NCBI RefSeq assembly: GCF_004010195.1
Contig: NC_057752.1
Span: 11,004,231 to 11,064,122, forward strand
Direction of reading: 5' to 3'
Source: Chiloscyllium plagiosum
Taxonomy: Eukaryota
DNA: 59,892 nt
Shown: positions 1 to 45,500 of the stretch, piece by piece
Layout of the letters: each line of letters begins with the position of its first letter
Numbering within the stretch: the first letter of the stretch is position 1
Program-made: the position numbers and the translations under genes
Notes under the pieces: generated by a model
Seen by the model: the letters and a program-made list of their open reading frames with translations, nothing else
The model's database searches: none
Told to the model about the DNA's origin: nothing

Positions 1-562
1 GGGACACCCGCATCAATCAACCACACCGCCCTGTGGCCCAACATTTCAACTCCCCCTCCCACTCTGCCGAGGACATGGAGGTCCTGGGCCTCCTTCACCG
101 CCGCTCCCTCACCACCAGACGCCTGGAGGAAGAATGCCTCATCTTTTGCCTCGGAACACTTCAACCCCAGGGCATCAATGTGGACTTCAACAGTTTCCGC
201 ATTTCCCCCACCACCTCACCCTAGTTCCATACCTTCCAGCTCAGCACTGTCCCCATGACTTGTCCGGACTTGCCCTACCTGCCTATCTCCTTTTCCACCT
301 ATCCACTCCATCCTCTCCTCCCTGACCTATCACCTTCATCCCCTCCCCCACTCACCTATTGTACTCTATGCTACTTTCTCCCCACCCCCACCCTCCTCGA
401 GCTTATCTCTCCACGCTTCAGGCTCTCTGCCTTTATTCCTGATGAAGGGCTTTTGCCCGAAACGTCGATTTCACTGCTCCTTGGATGCTGCCTGAACTGA
501 TGTGCTCTTCCAGCACCACTAATCCAGAATCTGGTTTCCAGCATCTGCAGTCATTGTTTTTA
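1..562 (+). mobile_element. Penelope-like element 3' end (GIY-YIG endonuclease C-terminus plus terminal repeat, family A)
   Basis: ORF 33-224 HFNSPSHS...RRLEEECLIFCLGTLQPQGINVDF is typical of a PLE endonuclease C-terminus; the downstream repeat recurs at about 5210, 6760, 44575 and 58445. Confidence 0.85.
435..470 (+). ncRNA. Minimal hammerhead ribozyme motif (PLE type, family A)
   Basis: attc-CTGATGA-a-gggc/tttt/gccc-GAAA-cg-TC-gatt; stem I is weak. Confidence 0.7.
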
Positions 563-589
563 CATCCTTACAGGAAGCTGATATTGGGG

Positions 590-1015
590 AAGGTTTAAAC
601 TCGGCAGTGAAGTGGGATCCTGAGAGAAGGTTCAGTCGAGGGAGTTGCACAGCCAGAATTAGAAGAAACAGCAAGTGAGTAAGGAAGGCATAGGAATTAT
701 AAGCCAGATAAGGAAAAAGGGAATTTGACAAGGGTGGATGGTTGATTTTAATGCAAGACACCTGACGAATAAGGTGGATTTTTCTGACTTGATGGTTGTT
801 TCCAATGGGGTTCTGCAGGGCTCGGTACTGGATCCTTTGTTAATTTTATATATCAGTAATTGTGACTTGAATGTTCAGAGCATGATTTAAGAAGTTTAGA
901 AATGGTCTGAAAATTGACAGAGTGGTTGATGGTTTGGAAGAAAGCTGTGGATAGTAGGAAGATATCAATAAACTAGTGATATGGACAGAGGATGTTGGCA
1001 GCAGTAGAGGATTTT
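590..1015 (+). mobile_element. Degenerate CR1 LINE fragments
   Basis: FNARHLTNKVD (endonuclease start) followed by GVLQGSVLDPL-like RT motif; boundaries approximate. Confidence 0.65.
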
Positions 1016-1544
1016 AGTTCTGAGAAAGATTGGATCATTTTCTGATTTGAAGTAACTGGAATAACGATTAGAGTGGAGATTAATGTAAAAAGTTGATGGC
1101 TCATACTTTTTGAGGGTTTTATCATGCAGTGATAGTGACCTTAACTTAGGACCAGGCAATCCCACCTATCCCGGAGGTGTATGTATATAACATATCCAAA
1201 CAGGCTGATTAAAAGTAGGCCCAACTACATGAATTAAGATAATTCAATTGAATTAACTCTGACTGGAATTAAATGCCTCTGTCCTAATTTGTCAGACAGT
1301 GAACAGAATGACATGCTGTCAGATTTCCAATCTTGAGAAGGTAATGACTTCAAGGTGAAGTCTCAGATGTGACAGGTTACGCCTACCATTGTTAGCTGCT
1401 CTCTTGCCGTGTAAGCTCCCACTGATTCAAACCAAGAAGAGTGCAGTGAATATGTGAAGTTGAGAGGCACTTCTGAGAAGCTGAGTGGTAATGATTGGAC
1501 ACTGCATCGAAGAACAGGAGCCAATTGGGGTGGCATCCAAAATG

Positions 1545-1700
1545 GGAGTCATGCTGCAGATGTCAGAGTGCCGGTACTAGAGAAAACTGCACTTCCCAAG
1601 GAAGGCCATGCCTGACCTCTGTGTGATGTTGCAGTGTGACCTGTCACCAAAGGGACTGGGTGGGCACTTCATGCCAGTGCCACTACATGTTTAGCTGTTT
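1545..1700 (+). mobile_element. PIF/Harbinger transposase N-terminal remnant
   Basis: Translates MLQMSECRY*RKLHFPRKAMPDLCVMLQCDLSPKGLGGHFMPVPL, resembling the HARBI1-type N-terminus. Confidence 0.55.
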
Positions 1701-2238
1701 CCAAGGGATCCATACGATACGATATCCCAGGTTACACACAGCTGTTAGGAAAGAGACCAATGCACCTTTTAAGAGAGCTGAAAGGTTTGAGAGATCCTGC
1801 ACTCCCCCTGATAGCTAGGCTGAGTGACCATTTGCAGATTTTCCATATATGCAGCCTTCATCAACAGCCTGAGACTTTTATCAAACAATCAGCCTGCTCA
1901 AGGTGAAATGCCATGGTCTGCAAGAGCTCCGTAGTGTGACCCATTGAGTTTCTCCAATCACTGGTGTCAGCTATGCTTTTCGCAGTGCTGTATGGTAGGG
2001 GTGTGAGGCCTTGCATCTGGAGAATGTGGACCATCAACGTACCTGCACCCTGCACCAGAACTCTGACATGTGGTAGCCTAAACAATAGCTGCTTCCAACA
2101 GGAAGAGGTGCCTGCGTTTGCTGCTGCACACTACTAGCAGGTCACATTGGCACACCATTTCCACACCCACCCAACCATATTAATTGATGCAGCTGAGGGA
2201 AAAACAGTGTCCTGCATATTCCTGTGACTTGCTTCCCT

Positions 2239-2347
2239 TCTCTCGGTCTGTCTCTCTCTCGGTCTGTCTCTCTCTCGGTCTGTCTCTCTCTCGGTCTGTC
2301 TCTTCTGTCTCTCTCTCGGTCTGTCTCTCTCTCGGTCTGTCTCTCTC
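2239..2347. repeat. 18-bp pyrimidine-rich tandem repeat (TCTCTCTCTCGGTCTGTC)n
   Basis: Seen directly, about 6 imperfect units. Confidence 0.9.
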
Positions 2348-3683
2348 AATTTCTATTAACGATCTTCTACAGCGTGACTGTCTGTAGTGGCATGAGGAGG
2401 CAGTGGGGCACAACTGTCACGTTATAATAGAACAACCTGTACATGGAAAAGCACATTCCAGGAGGGTATCAAAAGCAAGAAGCAAAAAAACCAAATGAGA
2501 AACAGCTAGAGGATGAGTTAAATTTGGGGGTCATTCCTGTGGATGAAAGTGCTCTTTCCAACAATTAAATTATCAAAATGAAGTTTAAGCGCTGCTAAAA
2601 TGGGATTCGATGTTGAAGGTTTTCATTTTGTACTTCTCAGAACGCGAGAACGAGAAATAGATTTGAAAATAAGAAACAAAAGTAAAAACAGATTGCTGTC
2701 GAAACCCAGCAGCTCTGGCAGCATCTGTGGAGACAGGAACGGAGTTAATGTTCTGAGTGTAATATGGCACTACTTTTGAACTCCGAGGCTGGAGAATGGT
2801 GATTTGTATGCTGTTGACAGAGGGTTGAATGAGAGGTGAGTGGAACATAGCGAGAGTGCCCAGAGCAAAAGACAATGGGAGTGCCAATGTGGTAAAGAAG
2901 TGAGAGATACAAAATAGGTGTAAATGAATGAGAGGAGGAGAAAACAGACAGCAATGGGACCAGTGACCAATTCTGACCAATCAGAATCAATGTGCCTGGT
3001 CTGATAATTAAGATTGATAGTTAACTGTTCTTGCTTCTCTCTGCCAGTTATAGCCAAACTAGTCAGCACCCTTTTCCCATTCTGTGTAAATGGTGTTTTT
3101 TCTTCTCAAGTCTGTTTCTTTCATCCTATTTCTGATGAGCAAAAAGCTTCAACTTCTAATCTTCAAGGAACATTTGAGTTCTGTACTACCAAAACATAGT
3201 TGACAGTGCAGCTATTTTTGTTTAGTGCTTTTTTTTAGTTATTTTCTCTTGGATGTATTTTTTTCCTTTATCGCTTACTGCCTCTACCAGAAAGCACTCC
3301 AGTTACATTCTCTCAAGCCTTTTCTTTGTCAATCGTGAACCCATTACTCATGCTATGTAAGTTATCTGATGTGGCTCACTTTCCTGTCATCTTTCCTATC
3401 ACTGGCAAATTACCTGGTTGCTGCTTGGCAGTTCTCCCTCTCCAAGGGCCATTATGAAGGTGAGTTTGTGGTTAGGATATGTATTTGTAAAGAAATTTTT
3501 TAAACAGAAAGCACAATAGTGGTTTTCAGGGAGGGAGTATACAAATTGAGAATGACGGTATACCCTGGACCCTAACGACAGTAGAGAGACGGGGAGAGAT
3601 TTTGTGGTCACTAGTCCCAAATGTCTGAGTTTCTACAGGCTCTGCTGAATTTCATAGCAGAGCTGCTTTTAAATGTTTGTACA

Positions 3684-4327
3684 GTTAGGAAGTTTGCAGA
3701 TGACACCAAAATTGGAGGTGTAGTGGACAGCGAAGAGGGTTACTTCAGATTACAACAGGATCTTGACCAGATGAGCCAATGGGCTGAGGAGTGGCAGATG
3801 GAGTTTAATTCAGATAAATGTGAGGTGCTGCATTTTGGGAAAGCAAATCTTAGCAGGACTTATATACTTAATGGTAAGGTCCTAGGGAGTGTTGCTGAAC
3901 AAAGAGACCTTGGAGTGCAGGTTCATAGCTCCTTGAAAGTGGAGNNNNNNNNNNNNNNNNNNNNNNNNNNNNNNNNNNNNNNNNNNNNNNNNATAGGATA
4001 AATAGGCAAAGTCTTTTCCCTGGGGCTGGGGAGTCCAGAACAAGAGGGCATAGGTTTAGGGTGAGAGGGGAAAGATATAAAAGAGACCTAAGGGGCAACT
4101 TTTTCATACAGAGGGTGGTACGGGTATGGAATGAGCTGTCAGAGGAAGTGGTGGAGGCTGGTACAATTGCAACATTTAAGAGGCATTTGGATGGGTATAT
4201 GAATAGGAAGGATTTGGAGAAATATGGGCTGGGTGCTGGCAGGTAGGACTAGATTGGGTTGGAATATCTGGTCAGCATGGACAGGCCCAAAGGGTCTGTT
4301 TCTGTGCTGTACATCTCAATGACTCTA
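3684..4327 (+). mobile_element. CR1/HER1 LINE 3' fragment spanning an assembly gap
   Basis: KFADDTKIGGVVDSEEG RT motif, FFIQRVVRVWNEL, and the CR1 3' tail. Confidence 0.9.
3945..3992. other. Assembly gap (48 N)
   Basis: Run of N. Confidence 1.
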
Positions 4328-5207
4328 AAACTGCAGATGCTGGAATCCAAGGTAGACAGACAGGAGTCTGGAAGAACCCAGCAAGCCAGGCAGCATCAGG
4401 AGGTGAAGAAGTTAATGTTTTGGGTGCAACCCTTCTTCGGGACTGGCCTACAGCCACTGATCAGTCAGATGTAATGACCTAGCCTCCACTGCCCTCTAGA
4501 TTGCAAATTTCAAACTTTGTTAACCCTCGAAGAGAAGTAGTTCAGTCTTAAATGGGTGACTCCTTATTCTGAAACTGTCCCCTCCTAGAGCAAGATTCTG
4601 GAATATCATTTAACCTGTCAAACCATGTATGTTTCAATAAGGTCACCTAAATTCATTTAAGCTGAATATCGAGCCGACTAGCTCCACCTTTCCTTGTAGG
4701 AACAGGAGTAGGCCATTAAGCTTCTCGAGCCTGCTTCACCATTCAGTGAGATCATGGCTAATTATGAGGTAACTCCTTCAAACCCAGGAGTTAGCCTCTT
4801 CAACCTTCCCCAAACTGCAACCAATGGAAATATGCGTCTCAAATAGGAAGAGGTTTCTGTCTGTCATACTCAATGGTATCTTATCATTCTGTTTTACCTC
4901 GTCTCTGACACACCCAGATGTCTGCTGCATCAGTGGTTTTAAAAGACAAAGGCAATTTTAAACTGATGCATTCACATGAATACACACACAAATGGAGCAT
5001 TGAATGCAGTCCTTAGACAATGCAATAAGACTTGTAGATATGTTGTTTGAAAGTTCAAATGGAAGCAATAATTTCAACCAATGTGCTGATTTTTTAGATT
5101 CCGTAACTGAAGATGATCAGATTATCAGTATGTATGCTAAAGACTGTCTCCTCGTACTGTTTTATGGTGTTTACCATACAGCTATCGCTATTGGGAATAG
5201 GAGAATG

Positions 5208-5415
5208 TGAGCACTGCAGATGCTAAAGAGTCGGTCGAAAAGTGTGGTGCTGGAAAAGCACAGCAGGTCAAGCAGCATCCGAGGAGCAGGAGAGTTGACG
5301 TTTCAGGCATAAGCAGTTCACCCTGATGCATCCTGATGAAGGGCTTATGCCCGAAACGTTGACTCTCCTTCTTAGATGCTGCCTGACCTGTACTTTTCCA
5401 GAGCCACCCTTTTCA
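5208..5415. mobile_element. Penelope family-A foldback repeat; hammerhead core at 5333-5360 (+)
   Basis: Arms are reverse complements (gctggaaaagcacagcaggtca... / ...tgacctgtacttttccag); CTGATGA-agggcttatgccc-GAAAcgTT. Confidence 0.8.
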
Positions 5416-5628
5416 ATTCTCACTTAGGACTGTCTTGGATGAGCTTATTTTTCCAGTACAACAGGACACTGGTGGCACAGTGATAGTGTCTGTACCACTG
5501 GACCAGAAGGCCTAGATTTCAGTTCCTTCTGCTACAGAGGGGCAGCAAATCTAGAGGTGTGTCATAACACATCTGTACAGGCTGGTTAAAAATATCTACT
5601 ATTACAGCAGTGTGAATGTTGCTGAAAA

Positions 5629-5857
5629 GAACATTGTTTTGTCGAAACACTCATCAGGACAATTTGTCAGAATGCCAGATCGAAGGGAAAACCATAATTT
5701 ATCCTTCGTGAGAGCAGAGTACTGATTGGTTGGCAAGTGGTCAAGGCTCTACCAATCGGCAGTCTCCCCTCCTCCAAAATAAATGTTGATTTGTTTGAAT
5801 TTGTATTCTTGCAAGTTGCCCTGAGTGCAGGATGAATAGCTTTGACAAAATGTTTCA
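5629..5857. mobile_element. Old inverted-repeat element (family C) with degenerate hammerhead-like ends
   Basis: Left arm ttttgtcgaaa..ctcatcaggacaatttgtcagaat mirrors right arm attcttgcaagttgccctgagtg..agctttgacaaaa; related copies at about 45095, 49100, 55650 and 57240. Confidence 0.6.
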
Positions 5858-6058
5858 TTTCAGAAATCGTCAAGTTCTGTACTGCCAAACGACTATTTAC
5901 AATACAGCTTCTTTGTTGAACAGTCTTTTAACAAATGTCACTTTTTTCCTTCTCTATGTGTTTCCTTGTTTTCATTTTTCTGTTTAATTTCTCCATAACA
6001 TTTTTATCTAACAACAATTCCCATTTAATTTAATTTAATTAATGAACATCATTAATAG

Positions 6059-39151
<33,093 letters not shown>

Positions 39152-39319
39152 GCTGATTATAGATATTTTGTCGCATTCTTCTAAGTGGAAGAAACTGCAT
39201 CAATTAGCTCAAATAGGCTTCTCTTTTTGCCCCCTCTTGCCAAGTTCTAGACAGTGCAGTGGTGAATCATATAATTTGCCCCATGTGACACTAGCTTTCC
39301 AGGACACTGTACCAGTAAC

Positions 39320-39325
39320 AATAAA
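39320..39325 (+). terminator. Candidate proximal polyadenylation signal AATAAA
   Basis: First AATAAA after the stop codon; motif only. Confidence 0.4.
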
Positions 39326-40518
39326 GTTTCCCGTGTAGTTGCCTAGTTAGTGCCCAGTAGCATATGGGTGTAAAACTTGCATGTAAGTTATATTTATGAA
39401 GCAATTAACTCCATGCTTACTGCTGCTGTTTCATTAATCTAAAGCAGGAGTTTATAACCTTTGGTGCAGTGAATGGCCACATGTGATAGCTTTTGGGTAG
39501 AGAACTGAGATTAAGCAGCACATCCAGCATTATGTTTACAACACTATTGGGTTCACCATTCAGACCAATACTTGAGGATATTCCAGCCTAACAGCACTTT
39601 CATATCACTGAATCATTGGCAAGACAGCTGGGCCTCAAGATCTGCTGACTGATTTCCCTCTGCAGCTCATGGCCCCTCTACAGGGGTCTCAGCTATGGGG
39701 AAGGGGTGATAAAGAATAGTTCAGCAAATAGACGACTCACAGCACTTTCTATATCGCAATTTCACATTACGTCCTTAACATGCTGATGCTAATCATCACG
39801 TCAGCACCTTACATTTCCTAAGTAATTAGCAAGTGTTTAGATTTTTTTTAAGAAATTTCGATCTTTGTGGTTTAGAATTTTTAGAATTGTTGTGCATTCT
39901 GCTCCTGCTTTAACTATCTTCTGACTCAAAATGATCACACAACTGAGTTTCAAGAATGGGCTGCGTGGTGAAAGGAGCAGAGGCAATTGAGCCAGCTGCA
40001 GTCCAGATCAAACCCCCAAATAAGGCAGGGTGCACTGCTGCTACAGACCCGGACCTATTCACAGGCTTGGCTTTGTAAAGTCAGGGGGGTTTATCTAAAA
40101 GTGGCTGGGAGGGCTTCCGAGATGGACTAAGTAGCTTGATTTTAACTGTGGCTCACAGGAGGCTCACTGATTTGGAGAGCTGGGGATCTTAGTTGCTGCT
40201 CAAAGGGACCAAGCAGGAAGTGTCCTGCTAACGGCAGAGGAGGACTCTTTTGGGTCACGCATTTTTGGATGTACCTTTTTCTGAGTGGCTTGCAGTGATC
40301 CCTTTTAGAACTGCTGGTTAGATCACTAAAGACCCGAGTACCAGTGGGTGGGAAGTGCTTGGGACACTTCCATTGGCAGCTTAAAACCTGCACTGGATTC
40401 CCCTGCATGTCATAGGTCCCTGACAAGGATATTAGAATAAGACTCCTGAAGAGGCCCCTATGAAAATGGTAGCAAGCAAGAAATGAGGCAGTAAATATGG
40501 TAATAGGTAATTCTGCTC

Positions 40519-40524
40519 AATAAA
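40519..40524 (+). terminator. Candidate second polyadenylation signal AATAAA
   Basis: AATAAA followed by CA and a GT-rich stretch (tgtttgtatt); motif only. Confidence 0.4.
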
Positions 40525-41339
40525 AGTTCACACTGTTTGTATTACAGCAGGAATTTTACAACAAAGAGCACGAGCACTGTCTTACAGAAACCTATAAACC
40601 TATTGGAAGAAAGGTTTACAATTGGGTGATTAGTTCATTTCTTTGCTTTTTTAAATGGGAATTCACTTCGTAAATTTAATGAAAATAGACAATGATTTCA
40701 GATGTCATACTGAGGACTGCACAGATATAATGGACAAAAAATAGATTATTCACTGTGTTTAAAACATGATGTTGAAGAATTGCATGGGGATCACTTGGGA
40801 TGTTTCTGGCTTTATAATAATCATGGTGAGGCCAATGAGAAAGGAGGATCAATTGTTTATCAAAATGTTTGCTGTCGTCAATATTCCAAACATTATACAA
40901 TAAGATTGAGTATTCAAGAAGTTTCTGATGAGCTTGACATAAAGGAAGGCATATTTAGTTCAAATTAATTTTGGAAGTTATTAATTTTAAAAGTTTTTTA
41001 GCTTGCAGAACAGCAGTTGATCAGCAGATGGCATGTTACGCTTGATGTGTTCCTATATTTTCTAGACATCATCCCTGTTTTTTGCTACAGGCCAGCAGAG
41101 TGCATTTCCATTGCTGGCCTGGATGAATCCTCCTGTGTCCACAATTGGAAAACTTGAGCAGTCTCTACATAGCAAGACTGCTAGCAAGTTTCTCTCAGAA
41201 GCATTAACAAAGTGAGAGTTCATTTTAAATGTAGTCCACTTTCAAAAATTTTAAAGAAAGATCTTTCAGTTTCAGAAATTTTGGATCGAACCTTCTTGAC
41301 AATAACAGGATTTCATCCCCACTGTAATCACTTGAACAT

Positions 41340-41930
41340 ACCTTGACCAATTTTGATAGTAATCTCTTCAAAAGGAGTCTTAACAAGTTTGCTAAACACA
41401 ACTTTTCATTTGCAAATCCATGCTGGCTATGCCCATCAGATCACTATTATTACCAAGTGTACTGTATTGCCATGTCAGGGAGTACACCCAAGGCTCACCA
41501 GACTTGTCCCTGGGATGGTGGGACTATCCTATGAAGAGAGATTGGGCAAACTGGGACTGTATTCTCTAGAATTTTAAACAACGAGGGGTTGCCTCATTGA
41601 AACTTACCAGTCTATCCCTTTAGCTATTTTGTAAGATGTTTCCCCTCGTTGCAGAGACTGAAATCAGGAGGACAGTTTAAAAGTAAAAAGAATGCCATTT
41701 TGGTCTGAGATGAAGCCAAACGTCTTTTACTCAGATACATGAATCTTTGAAATTCGCTACTACAGGTGGCTGTAAAGGCTTAGACCTCAGGCATGTTTAA
41801 AGTAAAGATTGGTAATTAGAAATCTATCAGTGGTGTACACAGTTATGGAGACAAGGTGGTTAAAAGACTTAGAAGTGTTCGAACGTATTGAATGGAAGAG
41901 TGGGTTGAATGGCCTACTGCTGTCCTGATG
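41340..41930. mobile_element. CR1 fragments in both orientations
   Basis: TRLVPGMVGLSYEERLGKLGLYSLEF on the + strand, preceded by a minus-strand RT piece. Confidence 0.75.
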
Positions 41931-42099
41931 TTTTTAAAAATCCACGAGGCAACATCAGAGCAGATAACCAAAGACCTGAAAAGCAAGATTCCGAGAGGGA
42001 AGTCGAGAGCTTAAAGCAGCTGAAAACACAGCCACAATAGCAAAGCAGTAGAATTAGGGGCATTTAGGAGCTTGATGTTGGAGAAGTACAGAGGTCTCC

Positions 42100-42303
42100 A
42101 GAGGGCTGTAAGGGATGGAGGGGGTTACAGAGATAGGGAGGGATATAGAGGCTGGAGGGGGTTACAGCAATAGAGAGGGGGTATAGGGACTGGGGGGGGG
42201 ATCACAGAGATAGGGAGGAGGTGTAAGGGCTGGAGGGGGTTACAGAGAAAGGGAGGGGGTGTAGGGGCTCACAGAGATAGGGAGGGGGTGTAGGGACTGG
42301 AGG
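42100..42303. repeat. G-rich tandem repeat of about 31 bp (gggctggagggggttacagagatagggagg...)
   Basis: Seen directly. Confidence 0.85.
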
Positions 42304-42304
42304 A

Positions 42305-43795
42305 TACAGTGCTCCTATATTGCTTGGTTTAATATACAGACCATCAGCTAGTAAAATGGTTAGAGGGACAATTCTGCAAGGAAAATGCAGAGAAGTGTAA
42401 ACATACAGTACTTATAATGGGAGACTATAATTACCCAAATACAGAGTGGGATAGTGGTAGCGCAAAGGGCAATGAGGAACAAGTGTTCCTAGATTGTTTT
42501 CAGAAGAATTTCCAATAGTACTGTGTCCAGTCCAACAAGGGGCACTAGTTCTGGCTCTTCAGAATGAGGTGGGCCAAGTAGATTGAGTGTCTTTGTGGGA
42601 ATACTTGGGGGACAGTGGTCATTGTATCATTGGGGTTTCAGTTGGTAGTGGGAAAATAACATTGATCAAGCCAGAGTAAGAAAAATGCCTTGGTAGAGAG
42701 CAGATTTCAATGAGGCAAAAACAGAACTGGCCCAGATAGACTGAAACCAAACCTTGATGGGAATAACAGTAGCTAAACAATGGGCTGCCTTCAAAGAGGC
42801 GATGGTTTAGGTGCAGTCAATGGAAAGGTTGGGCAAATAAAATCCAGAGCTGCCTGGGTGACAAAGGGGTTGGAAATTTAAGCTAAAGAAAGAAAAATAT
42901 GCTTATGGCAGGAGTTGTGTGGTAAATATAGCTGAGAACCAAGAGGAATACAGAAGGTTCAGAAAGGAGGTGAGAAAGCAATTTGAGAAACGAAAAGGGA
43001 TTATGAGAAAAAGACTGCCAACTAACATAAAATGAAATCCCAAAGTCGTCTTTCAGCAAAATGTGTCTCACTAACGTAGTAGAATCCTTTGAAGAGGTAA
43101 CACAGAGGGTTAATGAGGGTAAGGCTAGTTATGTTGAGTGTGGATTTCCAAAAAACATTTAATTCCATGCCAGACAGCAGACTTTTAAGAAAATGATATG
43201 TTGTGAAATAAAAGGGACAGTAATAATGGGGATAAAAAATTGCCTAAGTGATAGCAGAGTAATGGTAAATGAGCATTTTACAAGCTGGAAGATGGTTTGT
43301 AATAGAGTTTCCCAGGGAGCAGTATTGGATCGTGCTTTTCCTAATGTATATGTCTTGGTGTGCAGGGGTCAATTTTTGCAGGCAGCACAAGACTTGGCAG
43401 ACGTTTTGGAGGAATTGGAGGAAGACAGTGTAGAACTTCACAAGCACATTGACCAGTTGGTAGAGTGAAGAGAGATAGTTGGTGGATAGGTGGCAGATGA
43501 AGTTTAATGTGAAGTGAGGTTATGCACTTTGGTGCACAGAATTTGGGAAGACTGTATAAAGTGAAGGGTACTATTCAAACACACTGTTAACGGGGTGTGG
43601 GAGCAGAGAGACCTGGGTGTATATATGCATAGATCATTACAGATGGCAGGACAGTTAACGCGGTTAATAAAACTCAGTCTTATAGACTTCATTAATTTAA
43701 CTGAAGAGTACAAGAGCTGGGAAATTATAATGAACTTCTGTAAGATACTTGTTAGACCTTAGCTGGTGTATTGCTTGTATTTAGGTAGCCACTTC
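42305..43795 (+). mobile_element. Degenerate CR1 ORF2 (endonuclease to RT)
   Basis: IMGDYNYPN, LGDSGH, DFQKTF and DLGV motifs in order, with deletions. Confidence 0.8.
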
Positions 43796-44572
43796 TGTAG
43801 TCTAGATAGATAGCTGGCTCTCTTTGATCTTCCTGCATATTAAAAATAGTTGACTTTACCTTTGTACCTGTCCCTTCTCAGATCATGCAAACTCCCATTG
43901 CCATTCCAAGATGCAATATTCCAACTTACACTCTGCCAACTGTTAGAAGTTTGATATCAGAGCCAGTTAACCTTTAATTCCTTTCGCCAATTCTAAAACA
44001 ATTTGAAATGATCTTTATTGATGACAGTAGTAATATTTTATTCAATATCAATAAGACTTGACACTTGCTATCATTTGGACAGTAATATAAAGCACAGCAG
44101 CATTATCATTGTTCCCTCAGAGGAAGCGTCATCTCATGGTAGTCACTCCCTGGTGGTACCACTTGATGTGGAACATAAGGTGTGGTCTCTGTCAGCCCCT
44201 GTACTTCTGTGAGAGTTGTCTACAGGATGGTCCTTAACCTCCTGTAGCCAACTCTGTCTCTTGCTGCCTTTTCATGTTTTCACAGCAAAGGTTTTGGAGA
44301 CCAATTTAACCCAATCGTAACCTCACTGTTGTTGAAGCGACCAATTGCAAAAGATGTCAGTGAGCTATCAGTGCCAGCTCAAGGCTTACCTGCTGCCTGA
44401 CACCTTCTCGGCTCTTAAATATTTCAGTACCAGCCCCTGGCCAAGTGGTGACTTTGGTGCCCATTGATTTTTGTCTCTGTTCCAGGTGTCTCTGGGATGT
44501 GTATCTTTTCAGTTCTCACATTTTGTTTAAGATTTTAGTCAATTTCTGCAGATGTTTGCCTCTTTGCCATTA

Positions 44573-44842
44573 CTGAAAAATGTGTTGCTAGAAAAGCGCA
44601 GCAGGTCCGGCAGCATCCAAGGAGCAGGAGAATTGACGTTTCGGGCATAAGCCCTTCTTCAGGAATGAGGAACCTCCCTACCTTTTATCTTAGCCTGCTT
44701 GGCACACCTTCCTCATTCCTGAAGAAAGGCTTATGCCTGAAACGTCGATTCTCCTGCTCCTTGGATGCTGCCGGACCTGCTGCGCTTTTCCAGCAACGCA
44801 TTTTTCAGCTCTGATCTCCAGCATCTGCAGTCCTCACTTTCT
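44573..44842. mobile_element. Penelope family-A non-coding foldback insertion with a hammerhead core in each arm
   Basis: Arms of about 100 bp, near-perfect reverse complements; 14-bp direct repeat cctctttgccatta at 44559-44572 and 44843-44856. Confidence 0.9.
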
Positions 44843-45094
44843 CCTCTTTGCCATTAGACCAATGAACGCCAAACCATAATTCCTCATCCAGTCACCTCGC
44901 AGGCAGAAATAATATTCAACATATAAATGAAATTAAAAGTACAAAAGTATTGGAGTTTGTTTTCATTAATTAGCAAGAAAACCGATGTAGGTATTTTCCA
45001 GAAACAAGTATAGAAAATGCTGGAAAATCTCAGTAGTTCTAACAGCTTCTGTATGGAGTGTTAATGTTTTGAGTCTAGTATGAGTATTTCTTTC

Positions 45095-45500
45095 TGACTC
45101 ATCAGGATTATTTGCAAGAATACCAATTTAAGAGGAAAACTGACATTTATACTGGAGGAGATGCAAGTGCTGATTAGTTGTCAAATGGACTGTGGTCAAG
45201 GTGTTGCCATGGAGAATGCACCATTTAATGATGGTTGACAGTTAACTGCAAGATATTGGCTTACATGTTCTTTTATCTGCCAAGAACAAGGACCTGCATA
45301 TTCATGTACGTAACTTCCAACAGATGCAAGTGTGCCACACTACGAGCCTGATTGACCATTCGAAATTGGTTGTCACTGTAATACTATACACACTCGAGTG
45401 CATTTGCCAAGCAGGTAACACTCTCTTCTCATTAATGTTGGTTATTGCCTTAAATTGTGATTCTTGCAAATTGTCCTACTAAGAGGCAAAATGTCTTTAA
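45095..45500. mobile_element. Family-C inverted-repeat element
   Basis: ctcatcaggattatttgcaagaat at the left end, attcttgcaaattgtcct at the right end. Confidence 0.55.

Noticed and set aside
2134..2427. RETDRERDRP and SLSRSV repeat ORFs
   Set aside because: Translation of the 18-bp tandem repeat
1..6058. IC2-type VFSEYW micro-exon or upstream dynein exons
   Set aside because: Not found by eye; an 18-nt exon could be missed or lie outside the window
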